A stretch of 64,000 nt of DNA from Nitrospirota bacterium (GTDB lineage: Bacteria; Nitrospirota; UBA9217): positions 1,862 through 65,861 of the forward strand of contig CAWIIS010000008.1 in the NCBI GenBank assembly GCA_963836175.1, read 5' to 3'. The notes below the pieces were generated by a model that searched no databases, was not told the origin of the DNA, and worked only from the letters and a program-made list of their open reading frames with translations. Made by a program: the position numbers and the translations under genes. This document shows positions 57,301 to 64,000 of this stretch, piece after piece (the stretch's first letter is position 1; each line of letters opens with the position of its first letter).

Positions 57301-59232
57301 ATGCTTAAATATGCACTGATACCGCTGCTGCCCTTCGCCGGCTTCCTGATCGCCGGCCTGTTCGGGAAATTCCTGAAGGAGAGGGCCGCCTACTTCGCCA
57401 TTGCCGGGGTGGTCGGCGCGTTCCTGCTTTCCGTGAGCGCTTTCTTTGACGTGCTCGGCGGGACGATCGTCAATGAGAACCTCTATTCCTGGATCTCCAT
57501 CGGGACGCTCTCGGTGAACGTGGGGCTGCAGATCGACCAATTGACCACGGTCATGCTCCTGGTCGTGACCACGCTCAGTTCCCTCATTCATATCTACTCC
57601 GTGGGATATATGCACGGCGACAAGGGTTTTGCCCGGTTCTTCTCCTATCTGGCGCTCTTCACCTTCTTCATGCTGGTGCTGGTCATGGCCAACAGTTTTT
57701 TGCTCATGTTCGTGGGCTGGGAAGGGGTCGGCCTCTGCTCCTACCTGCTCATCGGCTTCTGGTATGAAAAGAAATCGGCTTCGGATGCCGGCATCAAGGC
57801 CTTCGTGGTGAACCGCGTGGGCGACTTCGGTTTCCTGCTCGGCATGCTTCTGATTTTTGTCACCTTCGGCACCCTGGACTTTGCCGGGGTCTTCAAGGCT
57901 GTTGCCGATCCGGCCGCCAATTTCAACTATATGTTCTTCGGGTCAGAGATCAGTGTTATTACCCTGATCGCGCTGCTTCTGTTCGTGGGAGCGATGGGCA
58001 AGTCCGCCCAGCTTCCGCTTTATGTCTGGCTCCCGGATGCCATGGAGGGCCCCACGCCGGTCAGCGCCCTGATCCATGCGGCGACCATGGTCACAGCAGG
58101 CGTTTTCATGGTGGCGCGCTGTGCGCCGATCTTCTCGCTCTCTCCGTCCGCGATGAATGTCGTTGCCATCGTCGGCGGGCTGACCGCGGTCTTTGCCGCG
58201 ACCATCGGCCTGGTGCAGAATGATATCAAGCGCGTCATCGCCTATTCAACGATCAGTCAGCTCGGCTATATGTTCCTGGGACTCGGGGTCGGGGCTTTCT
58301 CGGCCGGCATCTTTCACCTCACAACTCATGCGTTCTTCAAGGGACTCCTGTTCCTTGCTTCGGGCAGCGTGATCCACGCCCTGTCGGGCGAGCAGGACAT
58401 GCGCAAGATGGGCGCGCTCAAATCCAAAATCAAGGTCACCCATGCGGTGTTCATCATCGGATCGCTTGCCCTGGCCGGGATCTTTCCCTTTGCAGGCTTC
58501 TTCAGCAAGGATGAGATCCTCTGGAGCGCTTACAACGCATCGACGCTGGGCCGCGGGCTGTGGGTCCTCGGCGTGGCAGCCGCTTTCATGACCGCGTTCT
58601 ACTCATTCCGGCTGATCTACCTGACCTTTTATGGGAAATCCCGCATGGACCACGAGGTCGAGCACCATGTGCATGAGTCTCCGAAGGTCATGACGATCCC
58701 GCTCATGATCCTCGCATTCTTCTCCGTGGTCATCGGCTGGATCGGGATGCCCGGGGCGATCATTCCCCATGCGAACCTGTTCGGCGATTTTCTCGCGCCG
58801 CTCTTCCCGCACGCTGAGCATGCAGCTGCAGCGGAAAGCCACTGGTTTGAGCTTGGCTTGATGGTGTTTTCCGTCATCGTTGCGCTTGCCGGGATCAGGG
58901 CCGCCTATGCATGGTATGTTAAAAACCCTTCCCGGCCCGCTTACTGGGCAGAGAAGTATAAGGGCGCCTATACATTGCTCTTGAATAAATACAAGGTCGA
59001 CGAAGTCTACAACTATATTTTTGTCGATGGCCTGGTCCACAAACTGGCGAAGGTCCTGTATACGATCGGCGATGTGAAGATCATCGACGGAGCGGTGAAC
59101 GGCCTTGCGCAGGCGATCAGTTCAATGAGCGAACGCGGCCGGAAGCTCCAGACCGGCTATGTGCAGCAGTATGCTTTTACCATGGGCCTCGGCTTCGTGC
59201 TCCTCGTGGGGTTGTACTACGTTCTGCGCTAG
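57301..59232 (+). CDS. nuoL: NADH-quinone oxidoreductase subunit L
   Basis: WEGVGLCSYLLIGFW and GKSAQLPLYVWLPDAMEGPTPVSALIHAATMV. Confidence 0.92.
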   Translation: MLKYALIPLLPFAGFLIAGLFGKFLKERAAYFAIAGVVGAFLLSVSAFFDVLGGTIVNENLYSWISIGTLSVNVGLQIDQLTTVMLLVVTTLSSLIHIYSVGYMHGDKGFARFFSYLALFTFFMLVLVMANSFLLMFVGWEGVGLCSYLLIGFWYEKKSASDAGIKAFVVNRVGDFGFLLGMLLIFVTFGTLDFAGVFKAVADPAANFNYMFFGSEISVITLIALLLFVGAMGKSAQLPLYVWLPDAMEGPTPVSALIHAATMVTAGVFMVARCAPIFSLSPSAMNVVAIVGGLTAVFAATIGLVQNDIKRVIAYSTISQLGYMFLGLGVGAFSAGIFHLTTHAFFKGLLFLASGSVIHALSGEQDMRKMGALKSKIKVTHAVFIIGSLALAGIFPFAGFFSKDEILWSAYNASTLGRGLWVLGVAAAFMTAFYSFRLIYLTFYGKSRMDHEVEHHVHESPKVMTIPLMILAFFSVVIGWIGMPGAIIPHANLFGDFLAPLFPHAEHAAAAESHWFELGLMVFSVIVALAGIRAAYAWYVKNPSRPAYWAEKYKGAYTLLLNKYKVDEVYNYIFVDGLVHKLAKVLYTIGDVKIIDGAVNGLAQAISSMSERGRKLQTGYVQQYAFTMGLGFVLLVGLYYVLR

Positions 59233-59315
59233 CAGGTGCAGCCCATCATCATTGAAACAGATGCCTCGGTGGTTTGCGTTGACATCAGTAACCATTTATC
59301 AAAGGAGTCAGATCC

Positions 59316-60855
59316 ATGCTTGAATTGATCCCGAACCAGCTCGGATATCCGCTGTTGAGCCTTCTGATCTTCATTCCCGTGATCGGTTCGTTCTTCCTGC
59401 TGTTCATCAGGAATGCCGCAGCTGTACGCTGGATCGCCGTAAGCGTGGCGGCCATCGATCTTGCGCTCTGCCTGCCCCTGCTCGCGGGTTTTGACACGAC
59501 GACGGCGAACATGCAGTTCGGTGAGAACCTGCCCTGGATCGCTGCCTGGGGAATTAATTACAAACTTGGCGTAGACGGCATCAGCATTCTCTTTGTGGCG
59601 CTGTCAGCGCTTCTGACGGTCATTTCAATTATGGTTTCCTGGACAGCCATTCAAGACCGGGTGCGGGAGTTCATGATCGCCATCCTGTTTCTCGAAGCGG
59701 CTATGATCGGCGTCTTCGCCTCTCTCGACCTTTTCCTGTTCTATATCTTTTGGGAAGCCATGCTCATTCCCATGTACCTGCTGATCGGGATCTGGGGCGG
59801 ACCGAACCGGCTCTATGCGGCCATCAAGTTCTTTCTCTATACGCTCGTGGGCAGCGTGCTCATGCTCATCGCTATCATGGCTATATACGTTGCCGCAGGC
59901 AAGACCTTCGACGTGCTTGTGATCATGAACCACCAGTTCACCTATACTTTCCAGATGGTTGCGTTCGCAGCCTTTTTCGCGGCATTCGCGGTCAAGGTGC
60001 CGATGTTCCCGGTCCATACCTGGCTGCCCGACGCCCACGTGGAGGCGCCCACCGCAGGCAGTATCATCCTGGCCGGCGTTCTGATCAAGATGGGAGCCTA
60101 CGGTTTCCTCCGCTTCTCGCTGCCCTTTTTCCCGGACGCCGCGATCGCCTGGACCCCGGCCATCATGGTCCTCTCGGTGATCGCGATCATCTACGGGGCC
60201 TATATGGCCTTTGCGCAGACGGACTTCAAAAAGTTGATCGCCTACTCGAGCGTCAGCCACATGGGCTTTGTCACCCTCGGCATCTTCGCGTTGAACAGCC
60301 AGGGGCTTGAGGGCGGGATCCTGCAGATGCTGAACCACGGCATTTCGACGGGCGCGCTGTTCCTTGCCGTGGGCGTGATCTACGAACGGACCCATACGAG
60401 GGTGATCGCCGACTACGGCGGCATTGCCGCCAGGGTCCCGATCTATGCCACGTTCCTGATGATCATCACCTTCTCGTCCATCGGCTTGCCGGGCACGAAC
60501 GGCTTCATCGGCGAGTTCGCCATCCTGCTCGGCGCGTTCATGCACTATAAGCTCTATGCCGTGATCGCTTCGCTCGGGATCATTCTCGGCGCGGGATACA
60601 TGCTCTGGCTTTATCAGCGTGTGGCCTTCGGCAAGATCACGAACCCGCATAACGAACATCTTGCCGATATGAACCTGCGGGAGATCGCCGCATCGCTGCC
60701 TCTGGTGGTGCTGGTCTTCTTCATCGGACTTTACCCGAATGCGGCGCTCCAGATAGATCCATGTGTCCGCATCCAATCTTATCCAGCATGTGAATGCCAA
60801 AGTCCAGCACGTACCTGCCATGGCCCAAGTGGTGGGTTCCCTGCTCGGGAAGTAG
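59316..60855 (+). CDS. nuoM: NADH-quinone oxidoreductase subunit M (C-terminal frameshift near 60755)
   Basis: VKVPMFPVHTWLPDAHVEAPTAGS. After ...YPNAALQ the natural tail IHVSASNLIQHVNAKVQHVPAMAQVVGSLLGK-stop is in the +1 frame. The track ORF reads through into nuoN. Confidence 0.85.
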
Positions 60856-60899
60856 ATCGTCAGGAGTTTTATCCCAGAGGAATCTGTGAGGAGATATCG

Positions 60900-62354
60900 A
60901 TGTCCAGCTCGATCCAGGAAATAGCACAATCCATGACGCCCCTTGCACCGGAGATCATTATCATTGCCGGCGGCCTGCTGGTGTTGATCCTCGATTTTTT
61001 CGCGGACAAGAAATATAAAGGATACCTCGGATGGTTCAGTCTCGGCTGCGTGTCATTTGCCGCCGTGGCGAGCTATGGAGCGATCGGCGCCACCAGCGCG
61101 GTGTTCTCGGGAACATTCCTCATCGACCCGTTCTCGACGTATTTCAAGTTCGTTTTTTACAGCGCCTGCGCCCTCGGCATCCTTGTTTCGATCAATTATC
61201 TCAAGGAAGAGGATATCCACCGCGGCGAGTATTATGCACTGATGCTCTTTGCCACGAGCGGCATGATGCTCATGGCCTCGGCCGGGGACCTCATCACGCT
61301 GTACCTCGGCCTCGAGCTCATGGCCCTTTCGATCTATGTCCTCGCCGGATTCATGCGGGGCAGCAACCGTTCCAATGAAGCGGCGATCAAGTATCTGCTC
61401 CTGGGCGCTTTCTCGTCGGGGATCATGCTGTACGGCATGTCGCTGATGTACGGGATCACGGGCACCACGAACCTGGCTGGCATCCTCCTGTTCCTCCAGA
61501 CGGCTGACCTGACGAACCCGGTCCTGATGCTGGCCATGATCATGCTCGTCGTGAGCTTCGGGTTCAAGGTGGCCGCCGCGCCGTTCCACATGTGGGTGCC
61601 GGACGTGTACGAAGGCGCGCCCACGTCGGTCACGGCGTTCATGTCCGCCGGCCCGAAGGTCGCCGGTTTTGCCGTGCTGCTCAGGGTCTTCCTGTATGCG
61701 CTCCAGCCGCTCCATGAGCAATCGACGGCGATCCTGGCGGGTCTGGCCGTGCTGACCATGGCTGTCGGGAACATCATGGCCTTGTCGCAGACGAACATTA
61801 AACGCATGCTCGCCTATTCCTCCATCGCGCATGCGGGCTACGCGCTCGTCGGTCTGGCTGCCGGCGGCCCCGACGGCGCCGCGAGCGTCATGCTCTACGT
61901 CTGCATTTACGCGCTCATGAACATGGGGGCCTTCGGCGTGGTGATCATGCTGCGCAAGAGCGGGGGAGCGGGGCGAGGACATCGCGGACTTCGCCGGCCT
62001 GGGCAAGACCAACAAGACCGCGGCTTTCCTCATGCTTATCTTTATGTTCTCGCTTACGGGCATACCGCCCACAGCCGGTTTTGTCGGCAAGTTCTATATT
62101 TTTCAGTCAGCCGTGCAGGCGGGTTTGTCTGGCTTGCCGTTGTCGGCGTCCTGCTCTCTTCGATCAGCGCTTATTTCTATCTGCGCGTCATCATGGTCAT
62201 GTACATGAAGGACCCCGTCGGGTCCTTCGAGATTTCCCGGGCCCCTTCGCTGGCGCTGGCGCTTGCCATTTCAGCGTCCTTCGTCATCTACATCGGTGTA
62301 TTGCCGTCGCAGCTGCTCGATTTCGCCAAGGCCTCGATCGCCGGTTTGCTGTAG
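60900..62354 (+). CDS. nuoN: NADH-quinone oxidoreductase subunit N (two compensating frameshifts, about 61962 and about 62121)
   Basis: GAGGAG RBS. FKVAAAPFHMWVPDVYEGAPT. Between the G5 run at 61962 and the G run at 62120 the conserved text (GEDIADFAGLGKTNKTAAFLMLIFMFSLTGIPPTAGFVGKFYIF) is in another frame. Confidence 0.85.
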   Translation: MSSSIQEIAQSMTPLAPEIIIIAGGLLVLILDFFADKKYKGYLGWFSLGCVSFAAVASYGAIGATSAVFSGTFLIDPFSTYFKFVFYSACALGILVSINYLKEEDIHRGEYYALMLFATSGMMLMASAGDLITLYLGLELMALSIYVLAGFMRGSNRSNEAAIKYLLLGAFSSGIMLYGMSLMYGITGTTNLAGILLFLQTADLTNPVLMLAMIMLVVSFGFKVAAAPFHMWVPDVYEGAPTSVTAFMSAGPKVAGFAVLLRVFLYALQPLHEQSTAILAGLAVLTMAVGNIMALSQTNIKRMLAYSSIAHAGYALVGLAAGGPDGAASVMLYVCIYALMNMGAFGVVIMLRKSGGAGRGHRGLRRPGQDQQDRGFPHAYLYVLAYGHTAHSRFCRQVLYFSVSRAGGFVWLAVVGVLLSSISAYFYLRVIMVMYMKDPVGSFEISRAPSLALALAISASFVIYIGVLPSQLLDFAKASIAGLL

Positions 62355-62404
62355 CTTTGGCACCCCGGCGACCAACTGCCTGAGAATCCGCTATACTTCA
62401 TCTT

Positions 62405-63332
62405 ATGAACCTGTTCTTCCGGAATTCTGCAGGTCTGGTTGCGCTCTCCCTCTGCTGCATAATCGCCGTGCCGCACGCTTCGCATGCCGGTGAACCGGCT
62501 TCGGACCATCCTGCGGTTATCAGTGAGAACAAGCGATTTTGAGCAGCGTTATGCCATTCCCCTGCTGAAACAATATTCCTTCCCGTGGGCGATCTCTTCC
62601 GGCCCCTTCTTGCAGATCCCAAAGAACCTCACTTTTATCTCAGTTATCGCTACTACGTGTATCAATCGCAGTCCATTAACACTGCGACCGGCGGCTTCGG
62701 CGAGATCTTCGGGATATACCGGTCCATCAACCGGGCCGACGGGTCCGCATGGCAGATGAACTTCGGTGGCGAGCATCCATGCGCAGTTCAACCTCGATAT
62801 GCCGTCCCGTGCTCTGGTCAATGCCGACTATACCATCGGTTTTCCCCTGAGCTACCGGAAGGGCACTGTCTCGGTGCGGATCGCACTCTATCACCAGAGC
62901 TCGCATCTGGGCGATGAGTACCTGCTTCAGTCCAAAACGGACCGCATAGAGTTTTCCTACGAGGCACTGAATGTGATCTGGTCCCGGGAATGGCGGGAGT
63001 GGCGTGTCTACGGTGGCGGAGAGTATTTCCTCCACAAGGCGCCGAATGAACTGCGCCCCTGGGCGGCGCAGGGAGGGGCCGAATACTACGGCACCGGCCC
63101 GGTCCTGGGCCGCGGTCGGCTCGTGGGCGGGATCGATATAAAGATCGATCAGGAGCATGACTGGGCAGTGAATGGTTCGCTCAAAGCAGGGCTTCAGTTC
63201 GACAGCTCTGAGCCCAACGGCAGATATATCCGCGTGCTCGCAGAGGGTTATAAAGGGTACTCGCCGCACGGACAATTTTATGTCAACAGAATGTCCTATG
63301 GCGGGCTCGGCATTGCGCTCGGGTTCGACTAG
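62405..63332 (+). pseudogene. DUF1207-family outer-membrane protein, interrupted (in-frame TGA at 62540, frameshift about 62765)
   Basis: Signal peptide MNLFFRNSAGLVALSLCCIIAVPHASHA. LFRPLLADPKEPHFYLSY. LVNADYTIGFPLSYRKG...YHQSSHLGDEYLL. Three pieces are needed to rebuild the protein. Confidence 0.6.
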
Positions 63333-63507
63333 GATCAGGCTGTGTCCAGAAAGCAGATCGCGGGTGCGGGCAGAACAAAGTTGCAATCCTCCTATCAGCT
63401 GATTTTCCGCCATTTCACCAGTTTTTCAGTATCATGAACGTGCCTGTTGCTTTGTCTCTTATGATTCCTCTCATACACTATTTCTTTTCTGATGGTATAC
63501 TGCAACC

Positions 63508-64000
63508 ATGAGAACTGAAGTCAAAGGGTATTTGCTCAAAGAATACGGATCCTGGAGCGTTTTGGTCATCGCCTTCCTGGTCGGCATCGGCGTCAGCCGC
63601 GGTTTTACGTTGCTGGTGTTCCCGCTGTTTCTGGCTCTCGGCATGCTGATCAACTCGAAACAGGCTTTCACGAAATGGCTCAGAAAAAAAGGGGACCATC
63701 GGTCCTTCGTCATCTTCATCGGCCAGATCGCTGTGGCAACGGCCGTTCTCGTTGCGGTTTTCGGCAGCGACGTGCCGAGGCTTCTGCCGCTTCTCGTGAT
63801 CCCTGCGGCATATCTGCTGATGAACCGGTTCGCAGGCGAGCATTTTATCCTTACCGAACTGCTTGGCTTCGCCCTGCTCAGCCTTGCTGCGGTGCTTGCG
63901 AAGTTCCTGATAACGAACGGGATCGATGTCCGGCTCTTTGTGGCTGTGGCACTCTATTTCACCGCGGCGTATTCAAGATCAAGGTGCTCCTGTTCAAAAA
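63508..64000 (+). CDS. YwiC-like membrane protein (partial, runs off the window; probable frameshift about 63965)
   Basis: MRTEVKGYLLKEYGSWSVLVIAFLVGIG resembles the YwiC-like N-terminus (P-x-EHG-x-W). Multiple TM helices. The last codons read better in the +1 frame (GVFKIKVLLFK). Confidence 0.5.
   Translation, partial: MRTEVKGYLLKEYGSWSVLVIAFLVGIGVSRGFTLLVFPLFLALGMLINSKQAFTKWLRKKGDHRSFVIFIGQIAVATAVLVAVFGSDVPRLLPLLVIPAAYLLMNRFAGEHFILTELLGFALLSLAAVLAKFLITNGIDVRLFVAVALYFTAAYSRSRCSCSK

Noticed and set aside
62540-62542. In-frame TGA in the DUF1207 gene as selenocysteine or another recoding event
   Set aside because: No SECIS-like hairpin is obvious just downstream. The position lies between the signal peptide and the conserved domain, where no redox Cys is expected. 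The gene also has a frameshift 220 nt later.

Overview
This is a 64-kb bacterial window read by eye only, with no BLAST, HMM or folding run. The gene content suggests an anaerobic or microaerophilic, sigma-54-rich lineage, but I cannot assign a taxon.

Gene order:
- The 3' part of an rRNA operon: spacer tRNA-Ala tail, 23S, 5S and a terminator.
- A frameshifted giant sensor gene: PAS-PAS-PAS, HisKA/HATPase, REC-REC, running into a sigma-54 AAA+ activator.
- A general-stress-like patch: an RpoS/RpoD-type sigma factor, CsbD, small lipoproteins and membrane proteins, and gene debris.
- TMEM175-like channel, AI-2E transporter, OMPLA, a hybrid histidine kinase, and a di-haem sensor/GAF/GGDEF protein.
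- Envelope genes: DUF3108, PqiA-like, YihY and AsmA.
- glnK-amtB behind a textbook sigma-54 promoter.
- A TolC-EmrA-EmrB efflux operon, followed by a TPR protein, a polytopic membrane protein with a Cys-rich tail, a secreted SHOCT protein, a DnaQ-type exonuclease and DoxX.
- A small accessory islet: BrnT/BrnA, an intact IS with an 18-bp target duplication, and a PilZ protein.
- An oxidative-stress cluster: flavoprotein, rubrerythrin and SOD.
- EamA, ntrB-ntrC and a methyltransferase.
- A 18.5-kb complex I (nuoA-N) operon, then a broken DUF1207 gene and a partial YwiC-like gene.

Most interesting observations:
1. A five-gene DRTGG / CBS-GHKL kinase / DRTGG / PHP / GHKL cassette sits between nuoD and nuoE. 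The NuoE/F module that follows has hydrogenase (HydBC/Hnd)-type architecture.
2. A family of intergenic hairpin elements has arms built from tandem 7-9-nt units. Pairs of them bracket ntrB and amtB, and further copies occur inside the nuo operon and in the rRNA spacer.
3. The sensor kinase, double receiver and sigma-54 activator reading frames are fused by contracting one homopolymer by a single base.
4. An orphan perfect sigma-54 promoter has no ORF downstream.

Caveat: at least eight reading-frame lesions, several at homopolymer runs, interrupt conserved genes. The sequence quality looks error-prone, especially after 60.7 kb.
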